A DNA stretch of 64,000 nucleotides from Candidatus Multivoradales bacterium (GTDB lineage: Bacteria > Acidobacteriota > Thermoanaerobaculia > Multivoradales > JAHEKO01): assembly GCA_965248055.1 (NCBI GenBank), contig CBDFIJ010000004.1, positions 2,848,001-2,912,000 on the forward strand, written 5' to 3'. The position numbers and the translations under genes are program-made. Of this stretch, positions 8,623 through 17,901 are shown piece after piece. Every line of letters begins with the position of its first letter. Positions within the stretch are counted from its first letter, which is position 1. Below the pieces are notes generated by a model. It was not told the origin of the DNA, searched no databases, and saw nothing but the letters and a program-made list of their open reading frames with translations.

Positions 8623-11553
8623 ATGCCGATCACCAAAATGCTGTCCAACATACCGCCCGACAACCGTCCCTCTCTGGTGGTCGAAGGAGCAACCACGCAC
8701 AATCTCAAAGGGGTGGATTGTGCGATCCCTCATGGTGCCCTAACTGTGGTCACCGGGTTGTCTGGAGCGGGCAAGTCGTCGCTGGCTGTCGACACCGTGT
8801 ATGCCGAGGCGCAGCGTCGGTTCGTTGAGTCGATGTCCACCTACGCACGCCAGTTTCTGCAGCAAATGGAACGCCCACCGGCGGATCGCATCGAGGGTGT
8901 CTTGCCGCCTATTCTCTTGACGCCCAAGGTGTCGATTCAAAACGCGCGCTCGACCGTCGGGACACTGTCGGAAATTTATGAGCCGCTGCGATTGCTGTTT
9001 GCTCACTTGGGACAGGTCGACTGCCCCAACGGGCATGGACGGCTGCGCGAGTGGGCCGCAGAGTCTTTGCTCAACGCTCTACAAGAGAGTATCGCGGGGG
9101 ATCGATTCACCCTTTGTGCAGAGGTGGAGCGACCGGCGAAAGATGCCGATCGGGCACTCGAAGAATTGACCAGATTGGGGTATCGGCGTATCTGGCGCGA
9201 CGACGCAGTAGTCGAGTTGCCCGCGGGGGCAGGCTGGCCAAAAAAGCTCGTACCGTTGCGCCTGGTGATTGGTCGGTTGGCCAAGACCTCGGACCGCGAA
9301 CGACTCGACGACGCGGTTGAAGAGGCGCTGAGGCTGGGACAAGGGCGGGTGCAAATATTTGGTGACAAGACGCTGATTGTGAGCACCGGGTCGTCGGCTG
9401 GCAGGACTTGCATCGAGTGTTGCCAGCAGCAGCCGCTACCGACCCCTGATCTGTTCTCGTTCTATTCACCTTTGGGGGCGTGCCCTGAATGTGGTGGTTT
9501 CGGTCGAGTCGCGGGTATCGACCCGGACTTGGTGATTCCCGACCCCGCACTGACTCTGGAGGAAAATCCGTTTGCCCCCTGGAAAACCCCGCGTCATAGC
9601 AAGAACCTAGCCAAGTTGTTGGCGGCAGCAAAAGAGTGCGGTATCCCCACTGATGTTCCCTGGTCCATATTGACTGAGAGCCAGCACCAATGGGTGTGGA
9701 GTGGGTCGGGCCCGTTCGTCAGTTTGGACAAGTTTTTTGCCCGCTTGGAACGCAAGAAATACCGCGTCCATGCGCGAGTCTTCCTGGCTCGGTTTCGCTC
9801 CTACAATCGGTGCTCGCAGTGCGATGGAGAGCGGCTGGCGGACCCCGGTCGGGAATATCGTGTCGCCGAGCGTCGACTTCCGGAGCTGACCTCGATTCCT
9901 TTGGTCGAACTATTGGACTGGCTTCGCGCTCAGAGTTGGGACCAGCGTGATTTCGACCGTGTCTCGAACTTGTTGCAGGATCTCGATCGTCGGCTGGCGA
10001 CCATGGTCGAGGTAGGGCTCGGATACCTGCACCTCAATCGGCGGGCGCGCACGCTCTCCGGCGGGGAGATCCAAAGAGTGCAAATGGCAGCAGCACTGGG
10101 CTCCGGCCTGACTTCGACCCTGTACGTGATTGACGAGCCGACGGTGGGCCTACACGCCGCCGACAGCGCCCGGCTGCTCAAGGTTCTGGGTGACCTAACG
10201 GCGAAGGGCAACACGGTACTGGTGGTGGAGCACGACCCGGCCTTGATTCTCGGTGCCGATCACGTGATCGACTTGGGGCCTGGATCTGGTGAGCACGGAG
10301 GAGTGATCCTTGCGGCCGGGACGGTGGATCATATTCTTGCCAACCCCGAGTCGGTGACCGGGCGGTTCTTAGCTCGCGAGGGTGGGCGTGCTTGGCGCGA
10401 ACACTCTTCGCGTCATCGCCGAGAGTCCGGCTATCGGCGCAAGGGTCGACGCTCGAGCCAACCGGAGATTGTGGTGCGGGGCGCGAACGCCAACAATCTG
10501 CGTGATCTGACAGTTCGCTTTCCGGTTGGCATGATGACCGGGGTAGCAGGTGCTTCCGGATCGGGAAAGTCGACGTTGATCGCCGACACCTTGCACGGTC
10601 AAGCTGCGCGCCATTTCGGAACCGCTGCTGAGGCGGGGAGCTGCGATGGGGTCGACGGTCTGCAGTGGGTCCATGGCGTCGAACTGGTAGATCAGCGACC
10701 CGCCGGGCGTTCAAGTCGCTCCAACCCGGTGACCTATATCAAGGCCTACGACGGGATTCGACGTCTGTTTGCTGCGACGCCACGGGCTCGAGAATTGGAG
10801 ATCGGGCCTGGGGCGTTTTCTTTCAACATCGATGGCGGGAGGTGTCCTTCGTGTAAGGGCACTGGGTCTACCGAAGTTGATATGCAGTTCATGGCACCGA
10901 TTTCGGTGACTTGTGATCAGTGCTCCGGGCGGCGTTTTCAGCAGCGCGTTTTGGATGTTCGTTGCCGAGGTCGCAACATTATTGAGGTTCTGCAGATGAC
11001 GGTCGACGAAGCGTTGCTGCTCTTTGCCGACGCCAAAGGTGTGGCCAACCGTCTCCGTTTGTTGTCCACTGCCGGGTTGGGTTACTTACGCCTAGGGCAG
11101 GCGACATCCACCCTGTCTGGTGGAGAAGTACAACGACTCAAACTTGCTTCGATGCTCGGCCCCAAAGATGAGCAACCCCGGCTCTTGATCTTTGACGAAC
11201 CGACCACTGGTTTACATCTAGCGGACATCGACGTCTTGGTGACCACGCTGCGACGGTTGACCGAACGGGGGCACACCGTGGTGGTGGTGGAACACAGTTT
11301 GGAGTTTCTCTTGAGCGTCGATTGGCTGGTCGACCTGGGTCCCGGTGGCGGTCCGGATGGAGGTCAATTGCTCTACCAAGGGCCGCTGGAGCCCTATCTC
11401 AAGCCGGGCCCCCGTAAGAGTCAGCGCGGAGGTCGCTGCGAATCACCGACCGCGGAGCTACTGCGTCGATTGGACGGCGCTGCGGCACCGGACAGCACTG
11501 CAGAGGACGGAGCTGCAGAGGGCGGAGCTGTAACGGTGGGCACTGCAAAGTAG
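8623..11553 (+). CDS. uvrA: Excinuclease ABC subunit UvrA (family member)
   Basis: Two ABC ATPase halves (GLSGAGKSS, GASGSGKST, LSGGE twice), zinc fingers, FSFNIDGGRCPSCKGTG motif. Confidence 0.93.
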   Translation: MPITKMLSNIPPDNRPSLVVEGATTHNLKGVDCAIPHGALTVVTGLSGAGKSSLAVDTVYAEAQRRFVESMSTYARQFLQQMERPPADRIEGVLPPILLTPKVSIQNARSTVGTLSEIYEPLRLLFAHLGQVDCPNGHGRLREWAAESLLNALQESIAGDRFTLCAEVERPAKDADRALEELTRLGYRRIWRDDAVVELPAGAGWPKKLVPLRLVIGRLAKTSDRERLDDAVEEALRLGQGRVQIFGDKTLIVSTGSSAGRTCIECCQQQPLPTPDLFSFYSPLGACPECGGFGRVAGIDPDLVIPDPALTLEENPFAPWKTPRHSKNLAKLLAAAKECGIPTDVPWSILTESQHQWVWSGSGPFVSLDKFFARLERKKYRVHARVFLARFRSYNRCSQCDGERLADPGREYRVAERRLPELTSIPLVELLDWLRAQSWDQRDFDRVSNLLQDLDRRLATMVEVGLGYLHLNRRARTLSGGEIQRVQMAAALGSGLTSTLYVIDEPTVGLHAADSARLLKVLGDLTAKGNTVLVVEHDPALILGADHVIDLGPGSGEHGGVILAAGTVDHILANPESVTGRFLAREGGRAWREHSSRHRRESGYRRKGRRSSQPEIVVRGANANNLRDLTVRFPVGMMTGVAGASGSGKSTLIADTLHGQAARHFGTAAEAGSCDGVDGLQWVHGVELVDQRPAGRSSRSNPVTYIKAYDGIRRLFAATPRARELEIGPGAFSFNIDGGRCPSCKGTGSTEVDMQFMAPISVTCDQCSGRRFQQRVLDVRCRGRNIIEVLQMTVDEALLLFADAKGVANRLRLLSTAGLGYLRLGQATSTLSGGEVQRLKLASMLGPKDEQPRLLIFDEPTTGLHLADIDVLVTTLRRLTERGHTVVVVEHSLEFLLSVDWLVDLGPGGGPDGGQLLYQGPLEPYLKPGPRKSQRGGRCESPTAELLRRLDGAAAPDSTAEDGAAEGGAVTVGTAK

Positions 11554-11600
11554 AGTCTGGGATCGTCAACCGGCGATAGGATGGTGCCGAGCGAACACCG

Positions 11601-12512
11601 ATGAGCTGGAAAAATCACATCAATGCGGTCGCGGGTTGGGTCCTAGGAGGGACCTTGCTATTCGCAGGGGCGCTCAAGACTCTCGATCCGGCAGCCTTCG
11701 CCACCCAGATCAGCGCCGAAGGCTTGGCCATTCTCTTGCCGGCCATGGTCATCGCAGTGATCGCTATTGGCATCGAAGTAGGGCTAGGCCTGGCTCTGAT
11801 CCTGGGCCATCGGCATCGCAGCCTGTTGGTGATCACTTCGGCCCTGGTGGCATTCTTCCTCTTTCTCACCGGTCGCAGCTACTGGAAGTGGACGCGCGGG
11901 GAACTCACCGACGACGCTGCTTGCGGGTGCTTTGGTTCGCTGGTCGAGCGCACTCCCGCGGAGGCGTTTTGGCAGGACGTGATGCTGTTGTTGCCGACCA
12001 TCATTATCTTGTGGCTGTTCCTTCGTTTTCCACCCCGCGGGCGATGGTTCGGGCTAGCTCCGGTCTTGGCTTGTCTGTCGATGGTGTTCTCAGCGCTGGC
12101 CCCAGGGTTGCCTCTGGACAACTTGGCGACCGGCCTACGTCCCGGAAAGCAATTGACCGAACTTTGTGCTGGAGGGGATGCTCCGGGCGAACGCGCTTGC
12201 GTTGATTTGGTGGTTCCAGAGCTCAACCAAGGGGACCACTGGGTGGTGATGGCCGAGTTGGACAATCCAGCACTTCTGGAAGCGATCAGTGAGCTCAACC
12301 AGCGGTTCAACGGTGGCAAGAGCATCTGGCTGATAACCCCCGATGAAGCCGAGGCAATTCAAGGCTTTACCTGGACTGCCGGCCCCTCTTTCCCAGTGCG
12401 TGAGGTGCCGCTTTCCTTGCTGCGACGTTTCTATCGCAAACTACCGAGGAGTTTTCATATCGTCGACGGCACGGTGACCGAGACTCAGTCCGGTATTTTC
12501 GTTGGAGAGTAG
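11601..12512 (+). CDS. MauE/DoxX-family redox-associated membrane protein
   Basis: Several TM helices, AGALK..DP..F start and CGCFG motif typical of MauE-like proteins. Confidence 0.8.
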   Translation: MSWKNHINAVAGWVLGGTLLFAGALKTLDPAAFATQISAEGLAILLPAMVIAVIAIGIEVGLGLALILGHRHRSLLVITSALVAFFLFLTGRSYWKWTRGELTDDAACGCFGSLVERTPAEAFWQDVMLLLPTIIILWLFLRFPPRGRWFGLAPVLACLSMVFSALAPGLPLDNLATGLRPGKQLTELCAGGDAPGERACVDLVVPELNQGDHWVVMAELDNPALLEAISELNQRFNGGKSIWLITPDEAEAIQGFTWTAGPSFPVREVPLSLLRRFYRKLPRSFHIVDGTVTETQSGIFVGE

Positions 12513-12592
12513 GCGAGGATCTTGCACCGGTAGTCTTGTCCAGTGTTTTTCGCTGGACGGTCAACCAAGGAAACTCAAGTACACTTTGCTGA

Positions 12593-12652
12593 CCGACACT
12601 GTCGCTGGCCGGCACTGTTACTGGCCGGCACTGTTACTGGTCGGCACTGTTT
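12593..12652. repeat. 16-bp degenerate tandem repeat (ccggcactgttactgg, about 3.5 copies)
   Basis: ccgacactgtcgctgg ccggcactgttactgg ccggcactgttactgg tcggcactgtt. Confidence 0.8.
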
Positions 12653-12695
12653 GTGGCTGTCTTAGTGTGGACGAAAAAGATTCAGAAGGAAAAAC

Positions 12696-13478
12696 TTGAT
12701 GCGTGCACCTGCAACTCATTGGATTCTTAGCGTTACTTTATTGACTCTGTCCGCCAGCGGCTTGGCGGCTCAGACGGGATTTCGCCTTGATTCAACCTGG
12801 ATTTTGGAAATTAATGGTTCCTCCTCCGAGGCCGAGATCTACCGCGCTCCGTCTCCCGCAGCGATGCTGGTGATGAGCGAACAATTGCCGGAACCGGTGA
12901 TGTTGCTGCTGGGTGCTGGCTCGGTCAACGGCGTACAACTGATGAAGGTAGCGCGTCAGGCTGATGGCTCGATCAACGTTCTCGCCAATCCGTTCAGTCG
13001 CTCGTTTGGTAGCTATCAAGTCGAGGGCTCTGGCGTGACCTTTTCCGTGGACGACCGCCGGGTGGCGATCGTTCCTAAACCTCCCTTGACCGGGTTCCAC
13101 GGAAACCAAGACCTAGTGGATCACGATAGCGGCTACGGCGAGCGTAAGCAGGCCTATTCTCCGGCCGCCACTCCATTGGCTCAGTTGGCTGGTCAGTCGG
13201 CTGCCACGGTTCGCGTTTTTTTCGGCTCCTGGTGCCCCGCTTGTTCTCAGATCGTGCCGCGAATCTTGGCGGTTGAGGAGGCGCTCGGGGACTCTGCGGT
13301 CAAGTTTGAATACTACGGATTGCCTCGGGGGTTTGGCGACGATGCCGAGGCCAAGCGCTTTGGGGTTAACAGTGTGCCCACTGCCGTGGTCTTACGCGAC
13401 GGCCAGCCGGTTGCAACTGTTCAAGGAACCGAGTTGAGCCAGCCTGAAGCTGCTCTGTTGCAGGCTCTCGAAGGCTAG
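12696..13478 (+). CDS. Secreted thioredoxin-family protein
   Basis: Signal peptide (…SGLAAQ), C-terminal Trx fold with WCPAC and cis-Pro motif SVPT. Confidence 0.85.
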   Translation: MMRAPATHWILSVTLLTLSASGLAAQTGFRLDSTWILEINGSSSEAEIYRAPSPAAMLVMSEQLPEPVMLLLGAGSVNGVQLMKVARQADGSINVLANPFSRSFGSYQVEGSGVTFSVDDRRVAIVPKPPLTGFHGNQDLVDHDSGYGERKQAYSPAATPLAQLAGQSAATVRVFFGSWCPACSQIVPRILAVEEALGDSAVKFEYYGLPRGFGDDAEAKRFGVNSVPTAVVLRDGQPVATVQGTELSQPEAALLQALEG

Positions 13479-13518
13479 CCAAGGAGGCGCTTCCTGTCGC
13501 CGACTCCTTCAGCCGGGG

Positions 13519-14970
13519 CTACGGTCGGTGTTTTTGCGCTTGCTGGGCTGCTGACCAACCGGAGGTTCCGTTGAGCCCGACACCGGGATGAACCCCCGGA
13601 CCACAGAGAAAAAGTCCCGGAATCGGAGTGGCAGTTCCCCGACAGTGAAGGTCGGGTCTGAGAAACAGCAATTGGTCGAGTGCCCACTCGCCGTGCTCCA
13701 AATGGCCGCCCGGCAGCGAGAATTGCTGCGCCAGAGCGTCTGGATTGAGCGCCGTGATAGCGGCTACCTGCTGGCTCGCTCCGTTCCACAGCGTTTCCAC
13801 TCCCTCCAAAGCGATTCGTTCCAGTCGCTGGCGCGGTGTTGAGGCCGCACAGGTTGCAACATGCACCAGCGCCACCACGCCGGATTCGCCCTGGGACGGA
13901 TGGTTCACTTCGGGGAAACTGATTTCCAACGGGGGCCGCTCGACGGTCGATCCAACCTTGAATCCATCCGCAGCCTTTTCCAGATGGGCCAGAGAGTCCC
14001 AGTTGACTTGGTAAATGGTGCCTGACGAAGCCAGTAGCGGCGGTGGTTGATGATCGAGGGCGATCATCACCACGCCAACCGCGCCGCGGCTGCGATATAC
14101 CCGCAGAGAATCGTTGAAAGTGACCGCCAGGGCCGTCTGCTCGCAAAGATCGAGCAAGGTTCGTTGCGGTGCTAGTGCGCTGACCACCGCTTGTGCGGCA
14201 TACGACTTTCCGGATGCTAGTTCTACGGACAATCCCGATGACTCTCGATGGATCGCCTGAATCGGTGTGCCGAATTCGATCGCTACCCCTCGGTCTTGAG
14301 CTTGTTGTTCCAGTTGGCGCATCAACTGGGGCAATCCCTGCGCGGCACGGGATCCAGCAGCCCCAGCCCGAAGTAGTGTATTGAAACCGGTTCCCGCGGC
14401 GGAAGGGCCGGTCACCGTGCTTTCCAGCGCTGGCCTCGCCAGACAAGCGGCGTCCGGTCCGTCGGCGATAAATTCGGTGATCCAATCTGCCACCGAAAGC
14501 GACCCCGCGCGCATTACTTTACGCAGTTTCTTGGCCCCCAACAGCCGAGTGGACCAGCCGGCGGTGAGCGCTGCTCGCCAGTCGTCGCGAGGGTCGAGCG
14601 GCGGGGAGGGTCGTTGGACGATGCGCTGTGCCCAGCCGGTCAGGCTGGCGATCTCGGCACTCCAGGCGGGCCCGCCGCTGGTCTGAATTGGGAGGGTCAG
14701 GTCACCTTCTGCTGTCGGTCGACGCCAGTCGGGCGCTGGTGCCAACGCGGTTGCCGGGATCTCCAAACGCCGCAGTAGGTCGCCGCGCAGGCGCCCGCGG
14801 TCGAGCATCGGAGAAGCGCGGTAGCCAGGGGCAATTTCCACCGCCGCAGAAAGTCCACCAACAGTCTCCGACTCCTCGATCAAGGTGACCTGGGTGCCCC
14901 GCTTGGCCAACGCCAGAGCGGCGACCATGCCATCTAGCTCCGAGCCCAGCACTACAACGCTGTGACTCAT
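13519..14970 (-). CDS. Phytoene-desaturase/PYROXD2-like FAD oxidoreductase, divergent paralog
   Basis: Start re-set to MSHSVVVLG (ATGA overlap with upstream stop); altered Rossmann motif GSELDG, C-terminal GLFLCGPGVHPGVG. Confidence 0.85.
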   Translation of the reverse strand: MSHSVVVLGSELDGMVAALALAKRGTQVTLIEESETVGGLSAAVEIAPGYRASPMLDRGRLRGDLLRRLEIPATALAPAPDWRRPTAEGDLTLPIQTSGGPAWSAEIASLTGWAQRIVQRPSPPLDPRDDWRAALTAGWSTRLLGAKKLRKVMRAGSLSVADWITEFIADGPDAACLARPALESTVTGPSAAGTGFNTLLRAGAAGSRAAQGLPQLMRQLEQQAQDRGVAIEFGTPIQAIHRESSGLSVELASGKSYAAQAVVSALAPQRTLLDLCEQTALAVTFNDSLRVYRSRGAVGVVMIALDHQPPPLLASSGTIYQVNWDSLAHLEKAADGFKVGSTVERPPLEISFPEVNHPSQGESGVVALVHVATCAASTPRQRLERIALEGVETLWNGASQQVAAITALNPDALAQQFSLPGGHLEHGEWALDQLLFLRPDLHCRGTATPIPGLFLCGPGVHPGVGLNGTSGWSAAQQAQKHRP

Positions 14971-16604
14971 GGTCGCTTCGCCTTCAACAGACTCAAAGCG
15001 CAGAGGGCACCCGGTGCGCCCATGATGCCGCCGCCAGGGTGGGTTCCAGAACCGCACATCCACAGTTTGCGGATCGGCGATTGGTAGCGTGACCACCCGG
15101 CGACCGGCCGTTGAAACGCGAGCTGCTCCAAGGACAACTCACCGTGGAAGATGTTGCCTTCGGTGAGACCGTAGATCTGCTCCATGTCCCAGGGGCTCAG
15201 CACCTGGCGATGCAAGATCAGAGACTTAAAGTTGGGCATGTATTCGCTGAGAGTGTCGATCACCGCGTCGCCGAAGGCGTCGCGATGTTGGGGCCAAGAC
15301 TCAGGCCCATCAGCCAAGTGATACGGTGCATATTGAACGAAAATCGACATCACGTGTTTGCCCGGCGGCGCCACGCCGGGATCGGTTAAAGAGGGAATGA
15401 CGATGTCCATGAACGGACGTTTGGAAAAGCGACCTCGCTTGGCGTCGTCGTAGGCGTTTTCCAAATACTCTAGGCTGGGGGCGATAGTGATGTCGCCTCG
15501 CAGGTGCCGACCTTGACCAGGCAAGCAAGCGAACTCGGGAAGGCCGTTGAGTGCCAAGTTGACCTTGCCCGAACTTCCGCGCAGTTTGTAGCGTCGTAGC
15601 CCGGTGGCAAACTCCTCGGGAAGGTGTTTTTCACCCACCATGCCAAAGAATGTCCGGCGCGGCTCGGCACCCGAGATCACGTGTTTGGCACTAATATCAT
15701 CTCCGTTCTCCAAGACCACGCCAGTCGCCGAACGACCGCGAATGCGAATGCGCTCGACCGGTGCGTCGACCAAGATTTCCGCGCCGTGGGCCTGTGCCGA
15801 TAGCGCGATCGCGTCCGCTACCGAACCGGTTCCGCCGCGCGGAATACCCCAGGCGCGGTAGGCGCCATCAATGTCGCCCATGTAGTGGTGTAGCAAGACG
15901 TAGGCAGTGCCGGGTGAGCGCACGCCGAGGAAAGTGCCGATGATGCCGGAGACCGACATCGGGGCGATCAGATGCTCGTCTTCAAAGTAACGTTCGAGAA
16001 AGTCGACCGCGCTCATGGTTGAGATCCGGTAGAGCGTCTCACTTGCGTCGCCCAGACCTCGGCCCAGTTTGAGCATGCGACCCAGATCTTGCAGCGTTGG
16101 CGAGATTGGGTCGGGCACCGGCTCGTCGATCAGAGAACGAATGCGCCGACCTAGTTCGCTCATCTCTCGCCCGAACTTGGGATATGCGTCGGCGTCTGTG
16201 GGCGAAAACTGAGCGATCGCCCGGCGCGTGCGGTGCGGGTCGGCGTCGCGCAACAGATAGCGTCCATCGGGAAACGGAGTGAAGGTCTCATCGAGTGGAA
16301 ATACTCGATAGCCGAAGCTCGGCAAATCCAGATGGCGGACGATCCACGGTCGCATTAGGCTGACCACGTAGGAGCACGCCGAGTAGGTAAAGCCGGGGTG
16401 AGTCTGCTCGCTGGTGGTGACGCCACCAATTTGCGATCGCTGTTCGACAACTAATACTTTGCGCCCCGCCTTGGCCAGAAAGCCGGCGCAGACCAGGCCG
16501 TTGTGCCCCGCGCCGACGATGATCGCGTCGTAGTGGCTGCGCGTTGGCTTGCCGGAAGCAAACTGAGGCCGCCCTGCCATCATGGTGCCGTTGAGCTTGG
16601 TCAT
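14967..16604 (-). CDS. Phytoene-desaturase/PYROXD2-like FAD oxidoreductase (COG1233-type)
   Basis: YDAIIVGAGHNGLV, GNIFHGELSLEQL, LWMCGSGTHPGGGIMGAPG. Confidence 0.92.
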   Translation of the reverse strand: MTKLNGTMMAGRPQFASGKPTRSHYDAIIVGAGHNGLVCAGFLAKAGRKVLVVEQRSQIGGVTTSEQTHPGFTYSACSYVVSLMRPWIVRHLDLPSFGYRVFPLDETFTPFPDGRYLLRDADPHRTRRAIAQFSPTDADAYPKFGREMSELGRRIRSLIDEPVPDPISPTLQDLGRMLKLGRGLGDASETLYRISTMSAVDFLERYFEDEHLIAPMSVSGIIGTFLGVRSPGTAYVLLHHYMGDIDGAYRAWGIPRGGTGSVADAIALSAQAHGAEILVDAPVERIRIRGRSATGVVLENGDDISAKHVISGAEPRRTFFGMVGEKHLPEEFATGLRRYKLRGSSGKVNLALNGLPEFACLPGQGRHLRGDITIAPSLEYLENAYDDAKRGRFSKRPFMDIVIPSLTDPGVAPPGKHVMSIFVQYAPYHLADGPESWPQHRDAFGDAVIDTLSEYMPNFKSLILHRQVLSPWDMEQIYGLTEGNIFHGELSLEQLAFQRPVAGWSRYQSPIRKLWMCGSGTHPGGGIMGAPGALCALSLLKAKRP

Positions 16605-17806
16605 TTACGTTTCCAGGGTGGGTTGTAAAACGGCAGCGGGCTGACGGTCGCTGGCACTTGGCGACGATCGTAATCCACCGTGTGTTCTACCTGAAGCTCA
16701 GAGCCGACCTCGGCGTAGGACGGCTCGACCGACGCCAGCGCCAGCGCTTTCTTGAGCACCGGAGACCAGGTATGGCTGGTCACTTGGCCCACCTGTCTAC
16801 CCGAATGGGCATAGACCGGTAAGGCCTCTCGGGAGGCTGATCCCGGCAAATGCGGTGGCAGGTCGTATTCGCCGTAGAGCTTGGTGATCGCGGCGAAGTC
16901 CAATTCCAGGCCCACCAGTTGAAGACGGGGAGTTCGCCGCGCTTGGAGCAATGCTGTGCGGCCGACAAAGTCTTCGCGGTCGAGGTGAGTCATCCAATCC
17001 CACCCCAGTTCAAACGGAGTTGAACGCTGCGCGACGCGCACCTCCTCATGGGCGCCGCGGTAGTCGATTCCATGCAGCAGATAGCCGGCCTCGATGCGGC
17101 TGATGTCGAGCGCGTCGAGGCCAACCGGTTGCAGGCCATGGCGTTCGCCGACTTCCATCAGTCGATCCCACAGTGGCAGGGCGTAGTTGACGTCGACCCA
17201 GATCTCGTAGCCCAAGTCACCGCTGTAGCCCGTGCGGGTAACCCAACCGGCGATCCCTTGGGGGCTTGTCGGCGGCTCCCAGGAAAATGATTGGGCAGCG
17301 AAGTACTTGAGCTGACTCAACGGTTTGCCCAACGCTTCACTGACCACCGCCTGCGAGCGCGGACCTTGGATCGCCAGCACCGCGAGGTCGTCGCTCTGGT
17401 CACGAACTTCCACCGCACCACCGGTCGCCAACTTGCGCAGCCAGTCGAGGGCTGGCTCGGCGGCGGTGATGCGAAATTGCTTCTTTGCCAAACGGGTGAT
17501 GGTGCCGTCATCGATCACCATCCCCTGATCGTCGCACCAGCAGCAGTAGGCAACCCTCCCGACGCGCAGCTTGCTGATGTCGCGCACCACCATGCGATTG
17601 AGTACCGCCCCCGCGTCTGGTCCGGAAAGATGGTATTTATAGAGTGGTGAAACGTCGATCAACCCCGCCGATTGGCGCAAGGCGAAGTACTCACGCTCAA
17701 CATTGACATCGTAAGCACAAGCCGCGATCCGTCCCGCCCAATCCTTGAATCGATAGGTTTCGCACAAGGGAAAAGTGCGCTCGTGGAAAGGGCTGGGGAT
17801 GGGCAT
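16601..17806 (-). CDS. GcvT-like aminomethyltransferase family protein (folate-binding)
   Basis: Start re-set to MPIPSPFHER; GLIDVSPL, IDDGTI, TRTGYSGDLGYEIW, LDISRIEAG, PFYNP motifs. Confidence 0.9.
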   Translation of the reverse strand: MPIPSPFHERTFPLCETYRFKDWAGRIAACAYDVNVEREYFALRQSAGLIDVSPLYKYHLSGPDAGAVLNRMVVRDISKLRVGRVAYCCWCDDQGMVIDDGTITRLAKKQFRITAAEPALDWLRKLATGGAVEVRDQSDDLAVLAIQGPRSQAVVSEALGKPLSQLKYFAAQSFSWEPPTSPQGIAGWVTRTGYSGDLGYEIWVDVNYALPLWDRLMEVGERHGLQPVGLDALDISRIEAGYLLHGIDYRGAHEEVRVAQRSTPFELGWDWMTHLDREDFVGRTALLQARRTPRLQLVGLELDFAAITKLYGEYDLPPHLPGSASREALPVYAHSGRQVGQVTSHTWSPVLKKALALASVEPSYAEVGSELQVEHTVDYDRRQVPATVSPLPFYNPPWKRK

Positions 17807-17901
17807 GAATGAAATGGGACTAGTTGGTCCGGCAACTAGCGACCTCGGCGAATTTAGCATGCGTTTTTTGCGCCCGCCGCCCGGTGACAGTCGGCACCAA
17901 C

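Noticed and set aside
13475-14485. 336-aa alternative-frame ORF and other long shadow ORFs (e.g. 2372-3244, 29300-30247)
   Set aside because: They overlap well-supported genes and are expected by-products of high GC content
13519-16604. Carotenoid biosynthesis (crtI)
   Set aside because: No crtB/crtE/crtY nearby; motifs fit the PYROXD2-like clade linked to GcvT-like genes
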